DNA of 64,000 bases from Eledone cirrhosa (Eukaryota). Position 1 is the first letter of the stretch. Each line of letters begins with the position of its first letter. The stretch is taken from contig OZ024743.1 in NCBI GenBank assembly GCA_964016885.1, positions 204,166,001-204,230,000 on the forward strand. The letters run 5' to 3'. Made by a program: the position numbers and the translations under genes. Below the pieces are notes generated by a model, which did not search any database, had not been told where the DNA came from, and worked only from the letters and a program-made list of their open reading frames with translations. Of the stretch, positions 29,771-42,407 are shown in pieces.

Positions 29771-30106
29771 TATTTTTCCTTTCCTTCTTCCTTTTCCAGC
29801 CTCACTTTCATATAGATTATGTTTTTGTTTTTAAAATCCAATGCCTATAAATACACCAGGATGTTTTCATTGTGATGATTGAAAGCAAAATTTGTTTGCT
29901 TTTAAGAAACCACTGGTAAATGCAATAATTGCCTTATGTTGTTAATTACATAACTATTAAGCTCTGTTACCTACATAGAGCACTCTTTTTTCCTGGACTT
30001 TTCCGACGGAATTACTTCATTTATACATATATATATATATATATATATAAATTTATATATATATATATATATATATATAAATTTATATATATATATATAC
30101 ATATAC

Positions 30107-30201
<95 letters not shown>

Positions 30202-30267
30202 CATTTATAAAATATAAAATATAAAATATAAAATATAGAAGTATGAAAGTTATGTTCAAATCATTTA

Positions 30268-30318
30268 AACGCTGACAATTGTTTCTTCCAAACTTTAGTT
30301 TGGAATCATCGGTGCATT
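30268..30318 (-). ncRNA. Minimal hammerhead motif (core CCGAUGA) in the PLE 3' end
   Basis: CCGAUGA-UUCCAAAC uaaa GUUUGGAA-GAAAC AAUU GUC^; the U4C change and an imperfect stem I may inactivate it. Confidence 0.65.
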
Positions 30319-31215
30319 ATCAATGTTTGTACATATAAATAACCTCCTATTCAACTGAAGAATCACATAGATACATATATATTGATGTTGTGAACAACAG
30401 TTTAGTATATACAGGGTCTAATGGATGCGACATATATTATACGAGAATTGTACAATAATTCAAATTAAGATTAAAATTAAAATTAAAATTAAAATTAAAA
30501 GCACAGAGTGGAATACATGCGACAGATAATACAAGAGAATAGTCTAATAAATAAAGAGGCATTGGGGAAGCGTGTAGAGATTGTACATGCGTTAGTCATA
30601 TATATGGAAAGGAAACAGGCAAATGTATTAGGCATATATGAGTACAGTATGGCAAGGTATTACATAAAATACAAGCACTTTAAGCGAATATGTTAGTGTA
30701 TTATGGAGGATGTAATGCGAGGATAGTTTTTGTATAGTTCAAATATGTATGTGTGTAGAATATGAAAGTTACGGATTTCCCATCCATTACATATGTTAAG
30801 TTATATTTTAGTTAATGTTTGTATTGAATGTTTTTAGTTAGTTATAGTAACTTAGTATTATTGTATTCATATTCATGGATTAGAGTTGTTCTACAGCAAG
30901 AGTTTTCAACGGTTTAATATTCGGAAGTGGGTATGGAATTAAGGGGAGCTAATGTGTAAGGGGGGTTACTAGCTCATTATAATATTAAAATTATTTGCTC
31001 TAATAGACATTATATACTGCCACAATTGAAACCCTTATACAAAATGTTATATATTTATATTTAATTTTAAATACAGTCTACTCTCTCATAAGATATTAAA
31101 TGTTTCATAAGATTGCTATCTACCCAATATTAGGCAAGATATGGAATAATGTATAGCTGTTTACATGTTAAATTAGATACAGCCCTTATGTTAATAAATT
31201 AATCCTGTATATACA

Positions 31216-31402
31216 GGGCGGTGGATTGGCAGTATCGGTGGAGGGTTGGACGCCATGCTTTCTAGCATAGTTACGTCCCTTTACGATCTGAGTTCAAATC
31301 CCGCCGAGGTTGACTTTGCCTTTCATCCTTACGGGGTCGATAAAATAAAGTACCAGTAATGCACTGGGTAATTGCTGGCCTTGTGCCTAAAGTAGAAACA
31401 GT
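31216..31402 (+). mobile_element. tRNA-derived SINE, full length
   Basis: Same family as 22932 and 48826. Confidence 0.88.
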
Positions 31403-32753
31403 TATTAATATATACATTTTATTATAAATGTATATATAATTCATTGTCACATATTACATTTAATGTCTATACATATTATATTATATTTCAATTACTGTAT
31501 ATCTTATAAGTAATCTAAAGTATTTATATTATAAGGTGGTGACTAGATGTTTATTTCTAGAGTATAATGTTAGAGATAAATAGGATTTGTGTAGAGGAAA
31601 GAGCAGATCAAAGAGTGTGATGCTGTCGGGGAAGGTTTAAAGCTATCCAATGAGTGTCGGTAGCGTTGTTGGCACGAGGAAAACATCTCTGACTTTTTAT
31701 TTAGGAGGGTTAGTTTCGAAAAGATTGTGTTTTTTGAAAGAATGGATGTGCGAGTTGTATCTCGTCTTGAAGCAGTTCGAAGTAGAGCCAATATATGTTT
31801 TAGAAGAGTTGTTTGTGTTGACCGTGCAGGAGTAAATGATGTCTTTGATTAAGCAATTATTACTTAATGGGCAAGTTCTATTTGATCTACAGTTACATTT
31901 ATTTTGGATGTTATCTTGCCGGTTATTATGTTGTGTAGAAGTCTGGTTGTTATGGATAGCATTAGGGTTGTCGTTCCTATTGTTATTGATTTCATTAGTG
32001 TTATTACTATTATTACTATTGCTACTAGGGTTTGTAGTTATTATGTTGTTCTATAAGTTTACCTCCTGCTGTGTTTTAATTAGTTGGAGATAATTATTAA
32101 TCTTCCTTTTATTACTACTAGCTATATGGTATGCTATGTTAGGTGTGGTAGAGTAAGAGATTTTAATGGTGTTTTTATTTATAAGATTTTGGTATTTGTG
32201 GCCAGATGGGAATTTTTTTTCTAGGATTGAGAAGAAAGCCTTAGTTAAGTTGGTAGAGACGGTTGAAGAATGTATTAGTTCTTCTATTTTTGTTTTTTGT
32301 AATATCTATTGAAGTATTTCTGTTTATAATATTATTGTGGTGTTTACGTTGGTGCGAGTTAAGTTTGATCTTACCCTTCGTATAAGAGTAAGATTGGCTA
32401 GTACTCTTATTATTTTTCCTCATGGCCATATTGTGAGAAATGATGCTGTAACTATGTGATTTTATAGGTAGGAATTCAATCCCATTTTTCTGGCCTGATT
32501 TAGCTAATGTTTGATTATAGTATTGGTAATTATTATTAAATATGGTTTCGTTATATGATAGATTAGAGATTCTATTAGATATTCCTTTAGTGATTGAGTT
32601 TAATATGGATTTAGGGTGGTTAGACTTGGTATCCACATAAATTAGTTTTTCGTTAGGTTTATGAAAGGGTGTATATATTTTAGAGTCTAGGTAAACGGTA
32701 GCATCAAGGAATATACATTTATATATTTATATATATATATATATAATATATAC

Positions 32754-32831
<78 letters not shown>

Positions 32832-32949
32832 TTATTTATATATAAAGTTGTGAAGTTGGACAAAATACTGCATGATTCTCTTGCATTCAAACATAAACAA
32901 TCCCCTATTAAATATTATTATGATATTGAAATATGTTGGCTTTACGTAC

Positions 32950-33097
32950 GGACATTTCTCTTTGAGGAATTCATCACTATCCCCTTCCTTAGATATCACC
33001 AGCTGCCTTATGGAATGCAAACTGCTAGCGAGAGTTTCTAACTGAACATGTACCTTTTTTATATTTTCTGTGTAACATCGGAGACCGGATAATACGA
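32950..33097 (-). CDS. Paralog A internal exon (148 nt, phase 1->2)
   Basis: tttcag|...|gtacgt; VVLSGLRCYTENIKK...EFLKEKCP; same length as the paralog B exon 52986-53133. Confidence 0.85.
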
Positions 33098-33149
33098 CTG
33101 AAATAGAATTATCCAAAATTAAGATCTAAGCAATTATTTTGCAACAATT

Positions 33150-33430
<281 letters not shown>

Positions 33431-33589
33431 CCAGCAGAGATGTTGAATGAATGAGATTATGTCTACAGCTGAGACCCTCATTACTATGTCATAAAGGTAT
33501 GGAATTAATGTATATGTGTCAAAATTGTAAGGATGCTAACGTCTTCTCTATCTACAAAAAGAGAGATAAATCAATTTGTTTTAATACAA

Positions 33590-34290
33590 GGGTACATCAC
33601 TCCTGTCCGCTGCTTTGAAGAATCCGTAGAGGTGATGCTCAAATGATTAATTCATCAACGAGAGAACAACACACCAATCCTAAGGTGTGGCTTTTGCAAA
33701 AAAAACAAAGTAAAAAGAATATGAAATTTAGATCCCCAACCTCTAAATCAGAATGTGTGTGATTCGAGTTACTGGAGAGGAACAAAGGTTTGAGCACTTC
33801 CATCTAGACACAAGAGTCAAGAAACTGCCTCTTGTTCTATTTAATATCACCGTAATCTTTATGATCACACTGTTTACACGGAAGAACAAAAAGGGAGGTG
33901 GAAGTACCATTAACTTTCCGACACCACAAGAGTATTTTCAATACCAAAAGGTTGTAAGTCCTAGCACAAATCGGAACAAATCATTGAACAGCAGTCTGTG
34001 CTCCGATTTCTCACAATCTAAAATGTGTGGGGGACGCAATTTTGACAGTCGTTCCAGATTATAAAAAAATAAGCATGTCGATTAACGTCCAGAAAACTGA
34101 GGTCATCTATCAATGGGGCCGCAATGCACTTTATGTTCAGCACTTCCTCAGTATAACAGAAGCAATGGTTCACACCCTTTACAAATTAGATATATTGGCA
34201 CTATTATTTCTAACAGCTGCACACGATACGCAAAAATTCTAAGCCGCCTAGGAAAGCTCAGAAATAGAGTGTTTCGAAACAAAAGATGAG
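33590..34290 (+). mobile_element. Highly decayed RTE-like RT fragment
   Basis: Residual RT-like pieces (QGCKS, SINVQKTEV, LGKLRNRVF) broken by many frameshifts. Confidence 0.4.
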
Positions 34291-34524
34291 GCTTGTTCGA
34301 TTGGTCTGTCTGTTTAGTGTTAACCTTGATAGGACACCATCTCTTGGTTCCGTGATATGAGACTGCGTTCGTATTGTGATTGAAAAATACATTTGTTCTT
34401 AGGGAAAATCTGGCTTGTCGACGAAAATGAACTAACCACTATTTTCCGGGGGACTTTCGGTCGAGGGCCATGGATACCATCCTGAAATCCCAGGCAGGGC
34501 AGTACTACCGAGACAAACTTTACA

Positions 34525-34920
34525 GGCGGTTGGCAGTATCGGTAGAGGGTCGGACGCCAGGCTTTCCAGCACCTTAGGACTGAGTTCAAGTCCCGCCGAG
34601 GTTAAATTTTCCTTTCATCCTTACGGGGTCGATAAAATAAAGCACCAGTAACGTACTGGGGTCGATTTAAACGACTCCCCCACCCCTCCAAAAACATTAC
34701 TGGCCTTGTGCCTATACTAGAAATCGTTATTAGGGTGGGGAATTGAGAAAAGCGTTTGCACATCGGATAGATGTTTTGGAATATTTAGTTACGGCCCCCT
34801 TCGTTCTGAATTCAAATCCAACCAAAGTCAAATTTGCCTTTCATCCTTTCATTATGGCCTGAAGTCAATGTAATCGACTTTCTCCTCCCCTCAAATTGTT
34901 GACATTGTGCCTAAATTAAT
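34525..34920 (+). mobile_element. Two adjacent SINE copies
   Basis: A/B boxes and the gcctttcatcctt core occur twice. Confidence 0.75.
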
Positions 34921-34989
34921 ATATCAATGTTGTTGATGATGGCTTAATCAAACAGATCTGTAGGACCACACTGAAATCATGAGACGTTA

Positions 34990-35905
34990 AGAGGCACTAT
35001 TTCTTCACCCACTTATTCCTGAGGCAGGGTCCACAAACACTCCTTCCAGTGGGTCTTCTCAGCAGCAACGGTCTCCAACTGATCCAGCTCGATCCCCAAG
35101 CAAGACCATTTACATGTAGAGTGCACTGCGCAGGCTTCCTTGAGAAGACGAGCGTCACAGTTTTCGCAACACTGATTTTCATTCCATCTATGCTGCACTC
35201 GGCATCAAACCTATTAAGTGCAAGTCGGAAATTACCTTCTGTCGAGTTAAGTAACACCATGTCCTCTGCAAATTCCAGTCGACTGATTTTACACCCGATT
35301 TTACACTTCCAAACCAACTGCGCATGTCAATCCTGATCATGTAAATAATGAATAGATGTGACAGTACGCACCCTTGGTGGAGTCAGACTCCCACATTGAA
35401 TGGTTTCGATTTAGCACCATTTATCCGAACACAAATACTTGGGCATTCGCATAGAGACATTAGGCAGCAAGGAGCAGACCATCGCTCCCATATTCCTGCA
35501 GAACAATCCACGGCAGATCCCGAGGGACGCGGTCATATGTCTTTTCAAGGTGACAAAATAAGAATATACCTCTTGGCAATACTCCCACGATTTCTCGAAG
35601 ACCTACTGCAGTGTGAATTTTTGGTCGGCTGTGCTGTGTCCATGGCGAAAACAACAATGTTCATCAGCTAGCTTGGACTCGATAGTCTCTCTGCATCTCT
35701 TTGCCTGACACTCAGCATCGACTTTACCGGGGAGGCTTAACAAGGAGATCCCTCTTAAATTGGAACAATCTCTTGTCTCCCTTTTTAAAAATTGGGAATA
35801 TTACTCGAGATTGCCATTGTTTAGGTGCCTTATCAGAGATCCAGGCCACCCGGCACACACGGGTCAGCCTGAGAATAAATTCTCTATTTCAGGCGTTTAA
35901 CAATT
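34990..35905 (-). mobile_element. RTE (Expander/Rex3-like) RT fragment
   Basis: LEKTYDRVPRD, GV*LHQGCVLS..FIIYM, EFAEDMVLL, GMKISVAKT. Confidence 0.75.
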
Positions 35906-36092
35906 GAATATTTAGAAATCATACGAAACACCAACGATTTCCTCGTTTCTATAACATGTATCTAGCCGAATCAAATTAGCAAAGACTATCTATCGTCAAT
36001 CCACACGAATTCATAGTTTTTAATTTTACATATATTAAATTATGATATCATTCGTTAGCATTTACAGTGATGTTATTCTGAGAGCGTGGGTA

Positions 36093-36380
36093 CAGCATGG
36101 CCGAGTAGTTAAGAAGTTCGGTTCACAATCATTACGTTCCGGGTTCGATCACACGGCGTGCCATCTTGAGCAAGCCTAATTTTCTATAGCCACAAGTTAA
36201 TCCAATCCTTAAGAGTAGAATTGAGAAGGAGAAACCTACTTGGAATCTCGTCAGATGGACTGCATCCGCATTTCAAAGGGCCAGCTTTTTTCGCATTGTC
36301 CCGCGCTAAATCTCCCTAGAATTACGTTAACTTCCCGGACATGCTGTTCCTTTGATCGAGCAGCAAGAACACTCATCGAC
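36093..36380 (+). mobile_element. Second tRNA-derived SINE family
   Basis: tggccgagtagttaag A box, gggttcgatc B box, ttgagcaag core. Confidence 0.6.
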
Positions 36381-36511
36381 GAAATAGACGGAGGTTCATT
36401 CGCTTCCATTTTAAGAGCAGCGCTTATGAGAGTTTACGAACCGCGACAAAATCTTTTCTTAGTAAAATACCCAGCATTTCCCCAGAACAAAAGAAAAATC
36501 TATATGTTTAC

Positions 36512-36663
36512 CTTCCTTGTGTTTACATAGTTCATTGTTAATGTCATCAAATATATTGAGATTTATTCCATTAAGAAATGTCGTCTCAGAAAAATTTGTG
36601 CATGCTTTCATTACATTGCGTTGGCAATCAAGAACCCTTTGTTTGTTGTGAGTTTGGTTGGCA
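36512..36663 (-). CDS. Paralog A internal exon (152 nt, phase 2->1)
   Basis: tttctag|...|gtaaac; SANQTHNKQRVLDCQRNVMKACTNF...GINLN...LCKHKE; homologous to 58886-59028. Confidence 0.85.
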
Positions 36664-36961
36664 CTAGAAACAAAAACAAAGTTAGACAGATATACACATG
36701 GCTTTACATGATTTTGGTTTTAGTATAATTCATACATGATGTATGTTAGTAGCCTATTGTGTAGTGTATAAAGTAAAACACCGAAGGAAACACTAATCAA
36801 ATTGATTGAATATTATGGATATATATATATATATATATATATATCAATAATATTAATAAATGGAAACTATCTTTATAAAACCATATTTATTTTATTATAT
36901 ATATTTCAAGGGTACCAACATTTTTGGTACGCCCTCATCAGATAAAATACAAAAGTTGTTT

Positions 36962-37508
36962 TACAGATAGTGACATATTCAAAACTAGAACTTGGCGTTT
37001 TCAGTTCTGTTTGAATAGTGAAGGAGAACTTCGAATCATAGAATGAATATGCTAATGAGGATAACTTTAAAATTGAAAAAGATCGTTATGTTTAGACGCT
37101 AGGTAAATTTAAATAATTATTAGGATTATTTTTTAAAGGAAGAGGAAATAGAGGTTATTCCCGCCGAGGTTAACTTTGCCTTTCATCCTTATGGGGTTGA
37201 TAAAATAAAGTACCAGTAATGCACTGGGTATTTGCTGGCCTTGTGCCAAAAAGTAGAAACAATTATTAGGGTGGAAGAAATTTAAGGAAAGAATATAAGA
37301 AAAATATATATATTATAGTTAATAATAGACTATTATATGAATATGTTATATACATATATTCATATTAATAGTCTATAATAATAGGCTATTAATATGAAAA
37401 TATGTATATAATATATTCATATTAATAGTCTATTATTAACTATAATATATATTTTTCAAACAGAACTGAAAACGGTAAGTTCTAGTTTTGAATATGTCAC
37501 TATCTGTA
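36962..37508. mobile_element. Fold-back MITE with a nested SINE fragment
   Basis: TIR tacagatagtgacatattcaaaactagaactt..cagttctgtttgaa; SINE at 37157-37265; internal AT palindrome at ~37300-37455. Confidence 0.75.
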
Positions 37509-37981
37509 TATGTCACTATCTAATTTGTATTAACTTTTTTTCATTTCATTTACGTTTACCTACACATATTTGTGTGTTGTATTCGTTTATTGCAATTTTC
37601 CTGTTCCATATCGGTATGCAGATATTTCTTCATGTTTATTTGTCCAACGTCCTTTGTGTTTTCATCCCGAATAGATATCTTCCTTCAGATACTATTGATG
37701 CACTGGTGGTGAATATTCCTGTCTTTGGTATTATTCGAAATCCGAATGATCCGCAGAGCAGGAATCGTTTTCTGTGAATTTCGGTGATTTGAAATTCGAG
37801 AATGTGGGAATCACAAACACGGAAAATACCTCTAGAGGACCAGCCATCACTATGGAGAATCGAGCTCCTTATCTCTCGAGATTTGTCTGCAATTTCTGCA
37901 AAATAACAGTGATATTCTACCATATCTGCCAATTTTCTAGACTTCATAGGTTATAAGTTAGTGGCAAATATATCAGCTTAC

Positions 37982-38117
37982 CTGCAAATGATACCAAGTG
38001 TCTTGGATAAGACGGTAAAATTAGACGAATTTTCAAAGTAAGTGATGCAACCGATATAGTCTTTCTCCGCTTGAATCTCACACCCATAGCTTGTTGGCGT
38101 ACACAGCAATGCAGTAA
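37982..38117 (-). CDS. Paralog A first identified coding exon (136 nt, phase 1->2)
   Basis: ttccag|...|gtaagc; xTALLCTPTSYGCEIQAEKDYIGCITYF...GIICS; same length as 61762-61897. Upstream ATG exon not located. Confidence 0.85.
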
Positions 38118-39299
38118 CTGGAATACAAAAATGTTTAAACAATTACACAAATTATTTATTATATCTCGTATTTCTGTATATACAGGATGTCCCCAAAAAA
38201 TGTATACATGCTTTGATTCTCTGTAGAGTGTATATAATAAGAACAAAGTGGAGGTGTTACATATGAGACTCATTGTTCAACCCGACTACAAATGTTTCTC
38301 AGGCAGCCGGCTCGTAATATAAATATTATATGAAGGCGCTTCGCTGACCGGGCGATGCGTTATGTCCTTGTTGAGCAAGACACTTTATTTCACGTTGTTC
38401 CTTCTGCGTGGAGTTGCGACCGACAAATAGTATTAGCAATTGGAAAGACCAATGGAAACATTGTTTACTCGGTCCGATTTAACGATCTCCACTCCACTCG
38501 TTAAGTGAATGATGATCTTGTCGATCGACTATCGATATATATTATGTATGTTGAGTGGAAGTTCTTTTATAAGGTGGTGTTATAGACACACTAAACATGC
38601 AATTAATAAAGTACCTATACTACCCTGATTGTTCACTTGCTTGCTTTTTCTTACGAACAAGTCATTCTCATACAAAGTAAAGTCTTGAATGCTTCGTGAA
38701 ATAGAACTACATATATTTATTCATGATTAACAGTCTTTTTTGTGTGTGTTTAAACCTTGTGATTTTCCCATAGCTTGTAAAGCATTGAGAAGAAGCTAGA
38801 GGGAAAACGTTTCAGAGAAAAAAGTAACATAAGATAAGGAGAAACATGTTGGGAAAAGAGAGGAGGAAAAAGAAAATAAAGAAAGAAAGAAAAGAAAGAA
38901 TGGTGAGAGAAGATTCGCAGTTAAATGAAGAGAGATACGTGTTTCTTGGGGAAAAGACACAGTGAAATTCATGGCCTAAATAGTTATATCAAAAGGATTT
39001 GGCTTTGAAAATGCTTTTATATGTAGAATCTGGCTGGCATTTAATAAGCGAAAGCGACACATTGAAGGTGACGTGGTAGATACCCAGATAAACATCTGGT
39101 CATTGTTTGATTGAGTTGAATTTAAATGAAAGTAGGTTAAAGTATGGGATTGAATAGGGTTTCGTACAGAACTTCTAGTAACACAAACGACGTTATTATT
39201 AAATTGATAAGTCATTAATTAAAAATTATTATTATACATTACTGTGACACAAACTGTATTACGGTAGTGGTATGAAGGCTAAATCGGCCACTAATTACT

Positions 39300-39870
39300 T
39301 ATGGAGACGTAGTGGCCCCGTTTTCTTGAGTAGTATAGTATTTGAACTCGGATACAGAGGAGCACAATATCTGACGTTCTAACGACTCTGCGAGTTCTCC
39401 GCCTATGGAGTATAAGAATAATTGCTTCTACTTTTGGAGCAAGGCCAGCATTTTGAAGGGAAGGAACACTCCTATTAATTTGTACCCCAGTACGTTACTG
39501 GTACTTTATTTTATCGACCACGTAAGGATGAACGTCAAAGCTAACTTCGACGGGATTCCAACGCAGTACGTAAAGATATGTAACTATATGTTACGAGGCA
39601 TGGTGTCCGATGCTCTGCCAATCCACCGCCCTAGAGAATATAAGAAGAATTGTTTCTACATTTGGCACAAGGCCAACAATTTGTAGGGAAGGGGGAAAGT
39701 GGACTAAATCGACTCCAGTGCGTTACTGGTACTTTATTTTATCGACGCCGTGAGGATGAAAGGCAAAGCTAATCTCGGTGGGATTTTAAGTTAGAACGTA
39801 AAGGGTCATAACTAAATACTGCAAAGCATTTTGTCCGACGCTGTACCGATTCTGCCAATCCTCCGCCCTA
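39300..39870 (-). mobile_element. Cluster of tandem SINE copies
   Basis: Two full and one partial reverse copies ending ctgccaatcc.ccgcccta. Confidence 0.75.
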
Positions 39871-40156
39871 GGAAATGTAAAAATAATAGGAAATGCACTA
39901 ATTTTGGGGGTTGAGAGGTGTAAGAGATAAATACTTGAACACTTAACTTATCTCTACAAGCTGTAATCTGAATGTATATTCATATGAATACTTAGGCATA
40001 CGTAAAAGATGTCTGTCTGCGAAGTCGTGTGGTGTAGTGAATAGATATATTTCTGAAAGGAAATCATAATCAACCCTAGGTGGCCATCTTTATTTTTATT
40101 TTTATAATGACAGGCTGAATGAGTTGGGGTCCAGAACCCAATGAAACCTAAGTACC

Positions 40157-40581
40157 TGTAGCAAGAGTTGCCTCCCTTGTTGTGACGATCACATCACCAA
40201 TAGATATAGGATCTCAAGTCGGAAGTCACAAAAAGGGTTCTGCCACCCCAACGGGAAGTAACTCCAGCTACTTCCCGTCTAGAGAGCGTTAATCTATTGG
40301 TGATGTGATCGTCATAACAAGGGATGCAACTCTTGCTACATTATCCCGTTGGGGTGGCAAAGAGTAGAGACTCGGCGAACGCGCCTGGCCGAAGGCCAGC
40401 AGCCGATAGGGCAAATGAGAGAGAGATCGCTCTGAGTATCCCTTGTATAGGGTCTCAAGACGGTAGTGACAAAAAGGGTTCTGCTACACCAACGGGAAGT
40501 AACTCCAGCTACTTCCTGTCTAGAGAACGTTAATCTATTGGTGATGTGATCGTCACAACAAGGGAGGTAACTCTTGCTACA
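40157..40581. mobile_element. LTR-derived element with inverted termini TGTA...TACA and 4-bp TSD (TACC)
   Basis: ~49-bp inverted ends; internal sequence matches the LTR at 42408-42822; TACC at 40153-40156 and 40582-40585. Confidence 0.7.
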
Positions 40582-40711
40582 TACCTGTTTATGTCACTGT
40601 TGTAATTATTTATACTAAACTCGTCCTATGGACTGAGTGCTCTTACTCTTGGATATTTCTACCAAACTTTTACTGCAGTGTATATATATATATTTATATA
40701 TATACATACAC

Positions 40712-40754
<43 letters not shown>

Positions 40755-40936
40755 CTCCCCCTCCCCCTGACACACACATATAGTGTATGTATGTATACAT
40801 ATATAAATATATATACACTGCAGTAAAAGCATGTGTGTGTGCACCACCCCTCACGCCCTCACATGCACACACACATATAGTGTATGTATATATATATATA
40901 AATATATATATATATACAGTACAGTAAAAGCATATA

Positions 40937-41024
<88 letters not shown>

Positions 41025-41026
<2 letters not shown>

Positions 41027-41480
41027 GAGATAATGGCTGCATCTCGATTTCAAGAATTGCCACCTCACATACATAAGTGGCACGAACATGACACTTTATG
41101 CCTGCCAAGGATTTAAATTCCTTTCTGAATATACTGCAGTGATGTGATGAACATTACTTTCTCTTTGGTTCACTGTTTTGTTTTGGTGAATTTTCAAATG
41201 ACTTTGGGGTCCAGCGGCCGAGGCATATTGTTTTCCACACTTCCGACAGGAAGAAATACCAAAGAGACCATAATCGGCAACATTTTGTACATGGCTTCTA
41301 TGATGACTTCTAAGACCATTTACACTCAAGTCTTCACATCTCGGTCGTCTCTCCTCCTCTCATCCCCTATGTTGTGTTCAACTACCAAGAATCGCACTAA
41401 CCATTCATTACGCTCAGGCCTTCCTCCCCAGAAAGCTGATCCTCTGGAATTCTCACTCTGCAACATGCCTTTCCTGCTAT
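41025..41480 (-). mobile_element. RTE 3' fragment with C2H2 zinc-finger tail
   Basis: NGLRSHHRSH; CRKCGKQYASAAGPQSHLKIH. Confidence 0.6.
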
Positions 41481-41895
41481 AGTCGACCTACACCAATTTA
41501 AACTGAATATCAACATCAGTCAAATCCACATGTCTAATTGAGCCAGCAAATAAAATAAAAACAACATACTAACACACACATGTTCATTTTCGAAATTACT
41601 ACACTGATTCATAGTCCCCTTAACTATCGTTATACTTTTAAACCCAACAAAGCCCCATACATCCCACATGTACCATTCCATTCTAAATACCATCGACTCA
41701 AACAAAGCTTTTAACTCTATTCCTCACTATATATTTACATAGTACTGGACTTCCTTATCAGTTAAATTAGCTAATTTGGGGCCACGCACCGTCGGGAGAC
41801 TCATTATATTTTATCATCAGTTTATATTCTTTAACACTAAATCATAAAAATGTTATATACATATATTATTTATTATTCATTATTAAAATAATCAA

Positions 41896-42160
41896 GGGCG
41901 GTGGATTGGCAGTATCGGTAGAGGGTCGGACGCCATGCTTTCCAGCATAGTCACAAAAGTAGAAACAATTATTAAAATAATTGTTTATACTATTGGCACA
42001 AGGCCAGCAATTACCCAGTACATTACTGGTACTTTATTTTATCGACCCCGTAAGGATGAAAGGCAAAGTTAACCTCGGCGGGATTTGAACTCAGAATGGC
42101 AAGGGCCGTAACTCTATGCCTTCAAAGCATGGCGTCCGACCCTCTACTGATACTGCCAAT
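41896..42160. mobile_element. Two opposed SINE pieces
   Basis: Plus-strand deleted copy at 41896-41970; minus-strand copy at 41980-42160. Confidence 0.75.
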
Positions 42161-42407
42161 TTATAATATAAATGATAATCATGTCTAATTATTTTTAATT
42201 TTTTATCCGAATTGTTTTAGAGAAGGGCCTCAAATTTTATATAGCTTAGGATTTCAGCAGGTGAAAGTCCGGCCCTGTATTTAAACACAAAATACTCAAC
42301 ACCTCCTTAAGAAAGCAACAACACATACCGCTGGCTAACACATTTTATAACAAGTCATCAAGCCTATGTAGTGAAAACAATTAATACATCCAAAACTTGT
42401 TATATTC

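Larger units (their letters stand above)
30240..32700 (-). mobile_element. Penelope-like element, 3' half, decayed
   Basis: DTKSNHPKSILNSI..ISNRISNLS thumb region, then CRSNRTCPLSNNC..YIGS GIY-YIG remnant near 31780-31900, a long 3' UTR with a SINE, and (TA)n flanks. Confidence 0.8.

Noticed and set aside
37636-37947. ORF with SILHSDGW resembling a Merlin/IS1595 transposase motif
   Set aside because: A single short motif with no TIRs or other catalytic residues identified.
39990-42360. Candidate leader exons for paralog A (~40010-40062, ~41560-41590, ~42330)
   Set aside because: None gave an ATG-initiated open frame ending at a phase-1 GT donor.
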